Source: Scyliorhinus canicula (taxonomy: Eukaryota). Taken from it: a stretch of 64,000 bases of DNA. The stretch spans positions 43,115,159 through 43,179,158 of the forward strand of contig NC_052158.1 of the NCBI RefSeq assembly GCF_902713615.1. Reading direction: 5' to 3'. The translations under genes and the position numbers were made by a program. Positions 10,126-22,657 of this stretch are shown here, in pieces; position 1 is the first letter of the stretch, and the number at the start of each line of letters is the position of its first letter. The notes under the pieces were generated by a model. The model searched no databases. It was not told the DNA's origin and was given only the letters and a program-made list of their open reading frames with translations.

Positions 10126-11410
10126 AACGCGGTCACCCTAGATCAATCCCGCCCCAAGCACCTACGAAATTCGATGGCGGAGGTCCAGATCAACGGGTAC
10201 AGCACGCCATGCCTCTTTGACTCCGGGAGCACCGAGAGCTTGATACACCCAGAGCTGGTAAGATGCTGTTCGCTTCCTATTTTTCCTGTGAGCCAAACTA
10301 TCGCCCTCGCTTCGGGGTCCCATTCAGTCCAAATCCAAGGACGCACCGTCGCTACGCTCACAAACCGAGGCGCTAGTTATTCTAAATTTAAACTTTATGT
10401 CCTGCCTAACCTCTACGCGCCACTCTTATTAGGCCTGGATTTCCAGTGCAACCTCAAGAGCCTCACCCTCAGCTTCGGCGGGCCCCTGCCCCCACTCACT
10501 ATCTGCAGCCTAGCCACGCTGCGCATCTCCCCCCCTCCTCTCTTCGCCAATCTCACTCCAGATTGCAAACCAGTAGCTACTCGCAGCAGTCGATACAGCT
10601 TACAGGATAGGGTCTTTATCCGATCGGAGGTCCGACGGCTGCTCAGTGAGGGGGTTATAGAGGCCAGTAATAGTCCCTGGAGAGCTCAGATGGTGGTCGT
10701 CAAGACCGGTGAAAAATTTCGCATAGTCGTCGACTATAGCCAGACCATAAATCGCTTTACACTCCTAGACGCGTATCCCCTCCCCAGAATTGCAGACATG
10801 GTTAACCAGATTGCCCAATATCGGCTATTTTCCACGGTGGATCTGAAGTCTGCATACCACCAGCTCCCAATCCGCCCGGAGGTCCGCCACACGGCATACG
10901 AGGCAGATGGCCGCCTCTTCCATTTCCTCCGGGTCCCTTTCGACGTCACTAATGAGGTGTCGGTGTCCCAATGATCAATGGACCGAATGGTAGACCAGTA
11001 CGGACTGCGGGCCACGTTTCCGTATCTGGACAATGTTACCAACTGCGGCTGTGAACAGAAGCACCACAACACCAACCTCCACCATTTTCTCCAGACGGCA
11101 CAGAAATTAAACCTCACTTATAACAAGGAGAAATGCGTGTTCCGCACAGACTGGCCATCGTCGGCTACGTCGCGGAGAACGGAGTCCTGAGCCCAGACCC
11201 GGACCGCATGCACCCCCTCTTAGAACTCTCCCTCTCTCATTGCCCCAAGGCCCTCAAACGGTGCTTGGGGTTCTTTTCATACTACGCCCAGTGGGTCCCC
11301 CAATATGCGGACAAAGCCCGCCCACTCTTTAAGGCCACATGATTTCCCCTGTCAGCCGAGGCACGCCAGGCATTCAGCTGCATCAAGGGGGACATCGCCA
11401 AAGCAGCTAT
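10126..11410 (+). pseudogene. Gypsy pol (protease, RT, connection), disrupted and truncated by a satellite
   Basis: ORFs 10174-10974, 10978-11190 and 11133-11342 together give PR-RT-...LGFFSYYAQWVPQYADKARPL. Confidence 0.9.
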
Positions 11411-13849
11411 GGTAGGACAGTGGGTGGCAGCACGGCAGCACAGTGGGGGGGCAGTACGGTAGCACAGTGGGGGCAGCACAGTAGCACAGTGGGGGCCGCA
11501 CGGTAGCACAGTGGGGGGCAGCACGGTAGCACAGTGGGCAGCATAGTAGCACAGTGGGGGGTAGCACGGTAGCACAGTGGGGGGGCAGAACGGTAGCACA
11601 GTGAGGGCAGCACAGTAGCACAGTGGGGGTTAGCACGGTAGCACAGTGGGGGGCAGCACGGTGGCACAGTGGGGGCAGCACGGTAGCACAGTGGGGGCAG
11701 CACGGTAGCACAGTGGGGGCAGCACGGTAGCACAGTGGGGCAGCATGGTAGCACAGTGGGGGGGCAGCAAGGTAGCACAGAGGGTACAGCACAGCGGGGG
11801 GCAGCACGGTAGCACAGTGGGGGCAGCACAGTGGGGGGCCGCACGGTAGCACAGTGGGGGGCAGCACGGTAGCACAGTGGGGGGTAGCACGGTAGCACAG
11901 TGGGGGGCAGCACAGTAGCACAATGGGGGGCAGCACGGTAGCACAGTGGGGGCAGCACGGTAGCACAGTGGGGGGTAGCACGGTAGCACAGTGGGGGCAG
12001 CATGGTAGCACAGTGGGGGACAGCACAGTAGCACAGTGGGGGGCAGCACGGTAGCACAGTGGGGGCAGCACGGTGGCACAGTGGGGGGCAGCACGGTAGC
12101 ACAGTGGGGGCAGCACGGTGGCACAGTGGGGGGTAGCACGGTAGCACAGTGGGGGGTAGCACGGTAGCACAGTGGGGGTATCACAGTGGGGGGGCAGAAC
12201 GGTAGCACAGTGGGGGGCAGCACGGTGGCACAGTGAGGGCAGCACAGTAGCACAGTGGGGGGGCAGTACGGTAGCACAGTGGGGGCAGCAGGGTCGCACA
12301 GTGGGCAGCACGGTAGCACAGTGGGCAGCATGGTAGCACAGTGGGGGGTAGCACGGTAGCACAGTGGGGGCAGCACGGTAGCACAGTGGGGGGCAGCACG
12401 GTAGCACAGTGGGGGCAGCACGGTGGCACAGTGGGGGCAGCACGGTGGCACAGTGGGGGCAGCACGGTAGCACAGTGGGGGCAGCACGGTTGCACAGTGG
12501 GGGCAGCATGGTCGCACAGTGGGCAGCAGGATAGCACAGTGGGGGCAGTACGGTGGCACAATGGGGGTTGCACGGTGGCACAGTGGGGGTTGCACGGTAG
12601 CACAGTGGGATGGCAGCACGGTGGCAAAGTGGGAGGCAGCACGGTAGCACAGTGGGGGCAGCACGGTAGCACAGTGGGGGCAGCACGGTAGCACAGTGGG
12701 GGCAGCACGGTAGCACAGTGGGGGCAAGCACGGTAGCACAGTGGGGGGCGGCACGTTAGCACAGTGGGGGGAAGCACGGTAGCACAGTGGGGGCAGCACG
12801 GTGGCAAAGTGGGGGGCAGCACGGTAGCACAGTGGGGGGCAGCACGGTGGCAAAGTGGGGGCAGCACGGTAGCACAGTGGGGGCAGCATGGTAGCACAGT
12901 GGGGGGGCAGCATGGTAGCACAGTGGGGGACAGCACGGTAGCACAATGGGGGTTGCACGGTGGCACAGTGGGGGCAGCACGGTAGCACAGTGGGGGGCAG
13001 CACGGTGGCAAAGTGGGGGCAGCACGGTGGCAAAGTGGGGGCAGCATGGTAGCACAGTGGGGGGCAGCACGGTGGGGGGAGCACGGTAGCACAGTGGGGG
13101 GCAGCACGGTGGCAAAGTGGGGGCAGCACGGTAGCACAGTGGGGGCAGCACGGTAGCACAGTGGGGGGCAGCACGGTGGCAAAGTGGGGGCAGCACGGTG
13201 GCAAAGTGGGGGCAGCATGGTAGCACAGTGGGGGCAGCACGGTAGCACAGTGGGGGCAGCATGGTAGCACAGTGGGGGGCAGCATGGTAACACAGAGGGG
13301 GGGCAGCACGGTAACACAGTGGAGGGGCAGCATGTTGGCACTGTGCGGGGCAACACAGCAGCACAGTGGGGGCAGCACGGCAGCACAGTGGGGGCAGCAC
13401 GGTAGCACAGTGGGCAGCATGGTAGCACAGTGGGGGGTAGCACGGTAGCACAGTGGGGGCAGCACGGTAGCACAGTGGGGGGCAGCACGGTAGCACAGTG
13501 GGGGCAGCACGGTGGCACAGTGGGGGCAGCACGGTGGCACAGTGGGGGCAGCACGGTAGCACAGTGGGGGCAGCACGGTGGCACAGTGGGGGCAGCATGG
13601 TCGCACAGTGGGCAGCAGGATAGCACAGTGGGGGCAGTACGGTGGCACAGTGGGGGTAGCACGGCAGCACAGTGGGGGCAGCACGGTAGCACAGTGGGGG
13701 CAGCACGGTAGCACAGTGGGGGCAGCATGGTGGCACAGTGGGGGGCAGCACGGTAGCACAGTGGGGGGCAGCACGGTAGCACAGTGGGATGGCAGCACGG
13801 TGGTAAAGTGGGGGGCAGCATGGTAGCACAGTGGGGGCAGCACGGTAGC
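11411..13849 (+). repeat. Minisatellite, ~21-24 bp unit G(4-7)CAGCACGGTAGCACAGT, matching the SINE 5' head
   Basis: More than 100 tandem units running into the assembly gap. Confidence 0.95.
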
Positions 13850-14350
13850 NNNNNNNNNNNNNNNNNNNNNNNNNNNNNNNNNNNNNNNNNNNNNNNNNNN
13901 NNNNNNNNNNNNNNNNNNNNNNNNNNNNNNNNNNNNNNNNNNNNNNNNNNNNNNNNNNNNNNNNNNNNNNNNNNNNNNNNNNNNNNNNNNNNNNNNNNNN
14001 NNNNNNNNNNNNNNNNNNNNNNNNNNNNNNNNNNNNNNNNNNNNNNNNNNNNNNNNNNNNNNNNNNNNNNNNNNNNNNNNNNNNNNNNNNNNNNNNNNNN
14101 NNNNNNNNNNNNNNNNNNNNNNNNNNNNNNNNNNNNNNNNNNNNNNNNNNNNNNNNNNNNNNNNNNNNNNNNNNNNNNNNNNNNNNNNNNNNNNNNNNNN
14201 NNNNNNNNNNNNNNNNNNNNNNNNNNNNNNNNNNNNNNNNNNNNNNNNNNNNNNNNNNNNNNNNNNNNNNNNNNNNNNNNNNNNNNNNNNNNNNNNNNNN
14301 NNNNNNNNNNNNNNNNNNNNNNNNNNNNNNNNNNNNNNNNNNNNNNNNNT
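13850..14350. other. Assembly gap (~500 N)
   Basis: Run of N. Confidence 1.
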
Positions 14351-14905
14351 ATCTCTCAACGCCGGTACCACCCCCCTCTCTCTCAACGCCGGTACCCCCC
14401 CCCCCCTCTCAACGCCGGTACCCCCCTCTCTCTCTCAACACCGGTACCCACCCCCTCTCTCTCAACGCCGGTACCCCCCCCCTCTCACAATGCCGGTACC
14501 CCCCTCTCTCTCTCAACACCGGTACCCACCCCCTCCTCTCCTCTCCTCCCCTCTCAATGCCGGCACCCCCCCCCCCCTCTCCTCTCCTCTCAACGCCGGT
14601 ACCCCCCCCTCTCTCACAATGCCGGTACCCCCCTCTCTCTCTCAACACCGGTACCCACCCCCCTCTCTCTCAACGCCGGTACCCCCCCCCCTCCTCTCCT
14701 CTCCTCCCCTCTCAATGCCGGCACCCCCCCCCCTCTCCTCTCCTCTCAACGCCGGTACCCCTCCCTCTCTCAACGCCGGTACCCCCCCCTCTCTCTCTCA
14801 ACATCGGTACCCCCCCTCTCTCTCAACGCCGGTACCCCCCCTCTCAATGCCGCAACCCCCCCCCCCAATCCACCCCTCTCCCCCAATCCACCCCTCTCCA
14901 ACGCC
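14351..14905. repeat. C-rich minisatellite, unit ~CTCTCTCAACGCCGGTACCCCCCC
   Basis: Tandem copies of AA(C/T)GCCGGTACC separated by C/CT runs. Confidence 0.9.
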
Positions 14906-15213
14906 GCTACCCCCGCACTCGATGTAGGTTACTGAACGTCGTCAACCATCATCAATGGTTGATGCCGTTATAAACCTACTGTGATTTTCGTGGCCACGGG
15001 TCACGTCGGCGGGACTTCGGCCCATCCGGGCCGGAGATTTGTTGACATTAAAAATTAAATGACATCCCGCCGGCGCCAGCTGTTCTCAGAGGCTGCCGGC
15101 GGGATTTGCACAACGCCGGTTTTGGCCGCTCGGAAATTCAAAACCCGGCGGGAGCGGGAATAACGGCGCCGCCGGCCGATTCTCCGACCCTGCGTGGGGT
15201 CGGTGAATTTCGC
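14906..15213. mobile_element. Right end of a GC-rich PIF/Harbinger-like MITE
   Basis: Ends GTCGGTGAATTTCGCCC, matching the GGAGAATNNNGCCC terminus of the other MITEs in the window. Confidence 0.7.
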
Positions 15214-16005
15214 CCTATATTCCAAGTGTGACCTAACTAAGGTTCTATAAAGCTGCAACATGACTTGCTAATATTTATACTCAGTGCAACGGCCGATGAG
15301 GGCAAGCATGCCTTATGCCTCTTGACTACCTTCTCTACTTGCGTGCCACTTTAAGTGACCTGTGGATATATACACCCAGATCCCTCTGCCTGTCAATACT
15401 CCGAAGGGTTCTGCCATTTACTGCATACTTCCCACCTGTATTAGACCTTCCAAAATGCATTACCTCACATTTGTCCGGATCAAAATCTCCATCTGCCATC
15501 TCTCCGCCCAAGTCTCTAACCGATCTATATCCTGCTGAATCCTCTGACAGTCCTCATCGCTATCCACAATTCCACCAACCTTTGTGTAGTCCGCAAACTT
15601 ACTAATCAGACCAGTTACATTTTTTTCCAAATCATTTATATATACTACGAACAGCAAAGGTCCCAGCACTGATCCCTACGGAACACCACTAGTCACAGTC
15701 CTCCATTTAGAAAAGCACCCTTCCATTGCTACTCTCTTCTATGACCTAGCCAGTTCTGTATCCATCTTGCCAGCTCACCCGACCTTGTCAAAGGCCTTAC
15801 TGAAGTCCATAAAGACAACATCTACTGCTCTACCTTCATCAATCATCTTCGTCACTTCCTCAAAAAACTCGCTGAAGTTCGTGAGACACAACATTCCCTT
15901 CACAAAACTACACTGCCTCTCGCTAATAAGTCCATTCTTTTCCAAATGAGAGTAAATCCTGTCCCAACGAATCCTCTCCAATAATTTCCCTACCACTGAC
16001 ATAAG

Positions 16006-16521
16006 GAGCGGGATTTACCCGCAAGGGCTGGATGGCCCGAATCCGGCGCCAAGAGCGGCGCAAACCACTCCGGCGTGGTTCCGCGCATGCGCAGACCGGC
16101 CGGCGTGTTCCTGCGCACGCGCAGGGGAGTTCTTCTCCACTCCGGCCATGGTGGAGCCTTGCTGATCGGTGGGACCTGATCGCAGGCCAGGCCACCGTGG
16201 GGGCCACCCCCCAGGGCCAGCTCCACCAGCGCCCCACTGAGGACTCACCTGCCCGCCCTCCAAACCAGGTCCAGCCGGGATGGACCATGTCTGATCCACG
16301 CTGCTGGGACTGGCCAGGAATGGGCGGCCTATCAGCCCATTGGGGCCTGGAGAATTGCTGGGGGGCCTGCTGCCAATGGCCCCTGACCGGCACGGTGTAA
16401 ACCCTACCCCCGCCCGCAGATCGCGCCGGAGAATTCGGCAGCCGCCGTTGGATGGCGGGGCGGGATTTAAGCCACCCCCCGGGGATTCTCCGACCCGGCG
16501 GGGGGTCGGAGAATCCCATTC
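16006..16521. mobile_element. PIF/Harbinger-like MITE
   Basis: TIR-like ends GAGCGGGATTTAC / GGAGAATCCCATTC. 3-bp TSD AAG on both sides. Confidence 0.8.
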
Positions 16522-17245
16522 AAGGCCTGTAATTTCCTGTATTATCCTTGCTACCCTTTTTAAACAAAGGAACAACATTGGCTATTCTCCAGTCCTCTGG
16601 GACTTCACTGTAGACAATGAGGATACAAAGATTTCTGTCAAGACCCCAGAAATATCCTCTCTAGCCTCCCTCAGTGTCTGTAATAGATCCCATCAGGCCC
16701 TGGGGACTTATCTACTTTAATGTTGTTCAAGACACCCAACACCGCCTCATTTTTGATCTCATTGCGACCCAGACAATCTACACACCCTTCCCCTGACTCA
16801 TCATCCACCAAGTGCTTCTCTTTGGCGAATACTGATGCAAATTACTGATTCAGTAGCTCGCCCATTTCCTCTGGTTTAATGCATAGATTCCCTCCCCTGT
16901 CCTTGTGGGCCAACCCTTTCCCTGGCTATCTTCTTGCTCTTTATATACATATGAAAAACATTGGGATTCTCCTTAATCCTGTTTGCCAATGACTTTTCAT
17001 GACCCATTTTCGCCCTCCTGACTCCTTGCTTAAGTTCCTTCTTATTTTCTTTATATTTCTCATGGGCTTCGACTGTTCCCAACCTTCTGACCCTTATGAA
17101 TGATTCCTTTTTCTTTTTGACTAGGCTCACAATATCGCTCGTTATCCAAGGTTCCCGAAACTTTCATACTTATCCTTCATCCTCACAGGAACATGCCAGT
17201 CCTGAATTCTTATCATCTGCTGTTTCAAAGACTCCCACATATCAG

Positions 17246-18395
17246 GGGCGGGATTCTCCCCTACCCGGCAGGGTGGGGGGTCCCGGCGGGATGGAGTGGC
17301 GTGAACACTGCGGCGCGGGCCGCCCCAAAGGTGCGGATTCCTCTGCCCGTTTAGCGGTTAGGCCCGTGCCGGAGTGGTTGGCGCCATGCCGGCTGGCTTG
17401 GAAGGCCTTTGATGCCATGTCAGCCGGAGTCGAAGGGAATCCGCAAACCAGCGGCAGTCCGCGTATGCGCGGGAGCGTCAGCAGCTGCTGATGTCATCCC
17501 CGTGCATGTGCAGGGGGGGGTCTCCTTTGCTTCGGCCATTGCGGAGGCTGATGGCCGACATGGAGGGGAAAGAGTGCCCCCCACGGCACAGGCCTGCCCG
17601 CGAATCGTGGGCCCTAATCACGGGCCAGGCCACCGTGGGGGCACCCCCCCGGGGCCAGATCGCCCCGCGACCCCCCAGGACCCCGGAGCCCTCCCACGCC
17701 GCCTGGTACCACCACTAAATACCTGGTTTAATTCACTCTGGTGGGACCGGTATAACAGCAGCGGGACTTCGGCCCATCGCATGCTGAAGAATGGCTTCTG
17801 ACGCCGAATTCGGGACAAGCGGTTGTTTGACACCGATTCGCGATGCTTTGCCCCCTCCAAATCGGCATCATCGGGACGCGCGTTGCGCACAGTCGCAAGG
17901 TTGTTGGCGCTTCATCAGCCATCCCACCCACGATGCTCCACACCCGATGGGCCGAGTTCCCGACGGCGCGGGCCATGTGTGGTTCCAGTGGGTGGGAACC
18001 TGGCTTGCCGGCTGCGGACAGTGTCCAGCACGATCACATTCGTCCAGTATCCAAACCGCTGGCGAAGGGTTTCTTCCAAGGCTGGGGCGAGTGGTGGATA
18101 GTGGCCAGGCGGTGGGCTGTGGGATCGGGGTCAGCAGGTTCGGCTTTCAGCACAGCCGGCGCCATGTTTTCCGGCGCAACCAATGCAGCTCGTCAGCCCT
18201 ACGCATATGCGGCTGGGAACCAGCGATTCTTCGGCCCTTTTCTGCGTGATCCGCGGGTGTTCCACACAGCACTGGTGCTAGCCTCTCACTGGGACTGGAA
18301 TCAGTGAGGTGTTCGCATCGATTTTCCCACCGTGAATCACCCACGGATTCTCCGTTGGCGACGGCACATAGCCTCAGGTACGGAAAATTCCGCCC
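17246..18395. mobile_element. PIF/Harbinger-like MITE (probably composite)
   Basis: GGGCGGGATTCTCC start and GGAAAATTCCGCCC end. Flanks do not form a TSD, and CR1 sequence appears deleted at the site. Confidence 0.75.
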
Positions 18396-18789
18396 ACTGA
18401 ATTATGGTCACTGTTCCTGAAATGCTCCCGTACTGAAACTTAGACCACATGGCCGGGCTCATTCCCCAATACCAGGTCCAGTACGGCCCCTTCCCTAGTT
18501 CGACTATCTACATATTGTTTCAAAACTCCCTCCTGGTTGCTCCTTAGAAACTCTGCCCCATCCAAGCCCCGAGCATTAAGTGAGTCCCAGTCAATATAGG
18601 GGAAGTTAAAATCACCCACTACATTAACCCTGTTGCTTTTAAACCTTTCCAAAATCTGTCTACACATCTGCTCCTCTATTTCCCGCTGGCTGTTGGGAGG
18701 CCTGAAGTAATCCCCCAACTTTGTGACTGCACCCTTCCTATTTCTGAGCTCGACCCACATTGCCTCGCTGCAAGAGCCTTCCTAGGCCA

Positions 18790-19330
18790 ACGACCCCCAC
18801 GACAAGTGATGAAGTGGAGAAGGAGGAGCAGGTGGAGGATATTTGAATCTCTTCGGCTCTGGCAAGTCATCATGGAGCTGATGTGCCGAGTCAGTCAGTG
18901 TATACCTCGCTGGTGAACATTGTCTGCGGCAGGATCGTCGCTTCGGATGATCGTCAGGAGGCGAGTGAACTACGGAGACCGCATCCAAAGCGGCAGAGGT
19001 CTGTGACTCCATTTCAGTGTCGGAAGATACAACGTCAGTCATGACGGCATCGAGAGACTGGAGGCGTCACAGCAGGCTGGTTCGACAATGGAGCCAGAGG
19101 TTCCAGGCCAGGTTTCTTTTGAGACACTTCACAAGGAGACAACCTCTGTGAGCGAATGTGATCCAGGTGCCATCTCATGAGTTGCCCCGGCCCCGAACTT
19201 GGTAAGAAACTGGTCCCGTTTGATGGACAACAATTCCAGAGAGCCAGCTCAGGGTGGGGACTGTGATTGTCCTCCTCCATCAACTTTGTGAACATTGCAG
19301 CAAAGTACTCAGTCAGCCTCGGGCTGTCTA
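18790..19330 (-). mobile_element. Gypsy integrase C-terminal tail fragment
   Basis: ...SGPGQLMRWHLDHIRSQ resembles the RRHLDHIR motif at the end of Gypsy integrases. Confidence 0.55.
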
Positions 19331-19800
19331 TTCCCTCCAGAAACCCCACGATCCTGAGGTTCTGCCTCCTCGGCCTGTTCTCTCGCCCTCAACCTTAGCC
19401 CTCAGACTCTTGTTCCTATCCTCCACCACCAACAGCTTCGCTTCCAGTGGGGTTATCTGGTCACTATGACCAGATCTGGTCACTCTGACGACCTCCTCCA
19501 CCCCCTTCAGCACCTCTCCATGTTCCCGCACTGTCTCCGAGGTCTTTCCCAATGCCTCTTTTATCAGGTCCAACGCAACCTCCACAGACCTTTTGAGGGT
19601 CTCCATCATCTCTCTCCTTTGCTTCTCAAAATGCTTGTTGAATTGTCTCTCAAATTCAGCTACCATTACCTCCATCAGCTTATCTACAGTAATAGGTGCA
19701 ACCCCACCCAACGAGCTTGTCGCCACCATCTTTGCTCCCAATGGATTCCGCAGCTTCCCCAGCTCTTCTGAAGGGCTACCACAAGTATCCTTCTTTCCAA
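19328..19800 (-). mobile_element. L1-like ORF1 fragment
   Basis: Coiled-coil ...LEAKLLVVEDRNKSLRAKVE followed by a frameshifted NRSRRQNLRIVG-type motif. Confidence 0.8.
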
Positions 19801-19811
19801 TTTTTTTTTTA

Positions 19812-20160
19812 CAGTAGAACATAGAACAGCACAGCACAGAACAGGCCCTTCGGCCCTCAATGTTGTGCCGAGCCATGATCACCCTACTCAAACCCACGTA
19901 TCCACCCTATACCCGTAACCCAACAACCACCCCCCTTAACCTTACTTTTATTAGGACACTACGGGCAATTTAGCATGGCCAATCCACCTAACCCGCACAT
20001 CTTTGGACTGTGGGAGGAAACCGGAGCACCCGGAGGAAACCCACGCACACACGGGGAGGACGTGCAGACTCCACACAGACAGTGACCCAGCCGGGAATCG
20101 AACCTGGGACCCTGGAGCTGTGAAGCATTTATGCTAACCACCATGCTACCCTGCTGCCCC
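19812..20160 (-). mobile_element. HE1-like SINE
   Basis: Same subfamily as 9798-10125. Confidence 0.9.
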
Positions 20161-20807
20161 TATATGTCTTTGACATATTCTTGTAACGAGCTATTAACTG
20201 GAACGGGTCTGTCCACAAATTACCTCCAGGAACCAGGCTAAAAGGACTATAATACCGAGGACTCTGGTGGGAGCTACCTTGCGTACAACCTCCTTCTACA
20301 TGCTGCCACTTTCCCAGAATTGATCAACCTTTTAAAAAAACTTTATGGCTAGTATATTTGTAAAATAAATTTACATTATTTACAATCTTCCAATTGCATA
20401 TGTTCAACTTCAAACCACTTATTTTGTTTGCCTTATATAAATTCCCATTCAAACTCTCCTGACACTCTGTTGATTACCATTTTAAACCATTTGCCTTCAC
20501 ACCTCCTTCATAGCACCTCTTTTGCAGTCTCCAATTCAATTCAATTAAACCAGTCACACTCACTCAAGCTTGTTTCCTAGAAAATGACAATCATGTTGCA
20601 AAAATAAATATCAAGACTACTATTTCCCACAAACTGGATACCACTGTGCCACCAGCTCTGGTGGGTCTATCCTGTTGGTGGGACTGGCCATACTCAGGGA
20701 TGGTGATCGTATTGTTTGGGACATTGTCTGTAAGGTATGACTATGTCAGGCTGTTGCTTAACTAGTCTGTGAGACAGCTCTCCCAATTTTGGCAAAGCCC
20801 CCAGATG

Positions 20808-21124
20808 GGGCCGCACGGTAGCATGGTGGTTAGCATAAATGCTTCACAGCTCCAGGGTCCCAGGTTCGATTCCCGGCTGGGTCACTGTCTGTGTGGAGTC
20901 TGCACGTCCTCCCCCTGTGTGCGTGGGTTTCCTCCGGGTGCTCCGGTTTCCTCCCACAGTCCAAAGATGTGCGGGTTAGGTGGATTGGCCATGCTAAATT
21001 GCCTGTAGTGTAAGGTTAATGGGGGGGTTGTTGGGTTGCGGGTATAGGGTGGATACGTGGGTTTGAGTAGGGTGATCATTGCTCGGCACAACATGAAGGG
21101 CCTGTTCTGTGCTGTACTGTTCTA
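20808..21124 (+). mobile_element. HE1-like SINE
   Basis: Same subfamily, divergently oriented to the copy at 19812-20160. Confidence 0.9.
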
Positions 21125-21546
21125 TAAGATGTTCATATGGGTCAGCGGGGCTTGGATTGCCTTTGTCATTTTTGTGCTGAGGTCAATGTTGGGTGGTCCA
21201 TCTAGTTTGATACCTTTGTGTAGAATTTATAGTGGTTTGGTATCACTGAGTGGCTTGCTCGGCCACTTTGGAGGACAGTTAAGAGTCAACCACATTTCAG
21301 TGGACCTGGAGTGAAATGTAGGACAGACCAGGTAAGGACTGCAGATTTCCTTCCTTGTCCTTTTATGAGGACTGACAATGGTTTCATGGTCACCAATACA
21401 CTTTCTTTTCATTCCCATGTGTCAGTTTCCTGGCGGGTAATTTTGCAACTCAGTTCTGCTGTACAGGCGTCAGTGAGGACTTTGATGGGACAGCGAACTG
21501 GGAAATGATAAGTGTGCACACCAAGATGCTTGGTCCTTTAGCTGGC

Positions 21547-21872
21547 TTCATAGAATTTACAGTGCAGAAAGAGGCCATTCGGCCCATCAAGTCTGCACTG
21601 CCCCTTACAAAGTGCACTCTACTCAAGCCCACGTAACCATATCCCCGTAACCCAGTAACCCCACTGAACCTTTTTTGGGCACTAGGGCAATTTAGCGTGA
21701 GCAATCCACCTAAACCCGCACATCTTTGGACTGTGGGAGGAAACCGGAGTACCTGGAGGAAACCCACGCAGACAACGGGAGAACGTGCAAACTCCGCACA
21801 GACAGTGACCCAGCCGGGAATCGAATCTGGGGTCCTAGAGCTGTGAAGCGCCAGTGCTAACCACTGTGCTAG
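21547..21872 (-). mobile_element. HE1-like SINE
   Basis: Core and CATAGAATTTACAGTG tail. Confidence 0.88.
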
Positions 21873-22121
21873 TCACTGTCAGCTGTTAGGGGGTTTTGTT
21901 TAGTGCATTGGATTTAAGTTAATATGTGTTTTTGCCTGTTTGTCTCTTTCTTCTATTGTGTAATTTTGGTTCATTGTTTTGGATGTTTTTGTTTAATATG
22001 AATTTTTAAAAAATAAAACATATTTTTTTTTAAATGTGGAGCGGTTTAGCTTTCATATAAGAAATCAACTAGAAAGAGAAAATATAACACAAATTGTTGC
22101 GATCCTAAAACGCCTATCATA

Positions 22122-22453
22122 AAATCATAGAATCTTTACCGTGCAGATGGAGGCCATTCGGCCCATCGAGTCTGCACCGACCCTTTGAAAGAGCACTCTA
22201 TCTATGTCCACACCCGTTCCACCATGCCCTATCCCTGTAACACAATAACCTAACATTCACATCCCTGGACACTAAGGGGCAATTTAGCATGGCCAATCCA
22301 CCTAACCGGCACAACTTTGGACTGTGGGAGGAAACCGGAGCACCCGGATGAAACCCACGTAGACACGGCGAGAAAGTGCAAACTCCACACAGTCAGCCTG
22401 GGTCCCTGGAGCTGTGAAGCAGCAGTGCTAACCACTGTGTCACTGTGCTGCCT
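22122..22453 (-). mobile_element. HE1-like SINE
   Basis: Core and tail motifs. Confidence 0.88.
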
Positions 22454-22657
22454 CATGGAGTATTGTGACTTTGGTGAGGCCACCTGGCTTGTGGGTTAAA
22501 GCATGAATCCATTCAGAGGAGATTGCTAACTGAATTAAATTTAAGCCTGAAAACAACCTTAGTGATATCTGTTTTGATGGAGTGTACTGCTAAGGAGCTT
22601 CTCAACTTGGAGCAGACACATGAATTCATAAACTGGCTGCTGCCCAGAGAAAATCTA

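Larger units (their letters stand above)
7886..11410 (+). mobile_element. Ty3/Gypsy LTR retrotransposon, 5' part (5' LTR 7886-8465, gag, PR, RT); 3' part not seen
   Basis: LTR TGTAAGG...TTCCATCA. Gag has zinc knuckles CHFCGQSQHPRQHC and CSSCGKKGHYARVC. Protease LFDSGS. RT motifs DYSQTIN, DAYPLP, DLKSAYHQ and FPYLDNV. Confidence 0.92.
15215..18780 (-). mobile_element. CR1-type LINE ORF2 (endonuclease and RT), decayed, split by two MITE insertions
   Basis: YFRPPNS...VVGDFNFPYIDW (EN); VDVVFMDFSKAFDKV, LGPLLFVVYINDL and SKFADYTK (RT). Confidence 0.92.

Noticed and set aside
11411-13849. Repeat array superficially like CRISPR
   Set aside because: Units are adjacent with no unique spacers, there are no cas genes, and the context is vertebrate.
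11282-14935. Very long ORFs (up to 918 aa) in the ORF track
   Set aside because: They are translations of tandem repeats, and some read through the N gap. There is no domain content.
15923-18344. Many overlapping 60-200 aa GC-rich ORFs on both strands (also at 22700-23320 and 35150-38280)
   Set aside because: They arise from stop-poor GC-rich MITE sequence, show no transposase DDE motifs and are not co-linear between copies.
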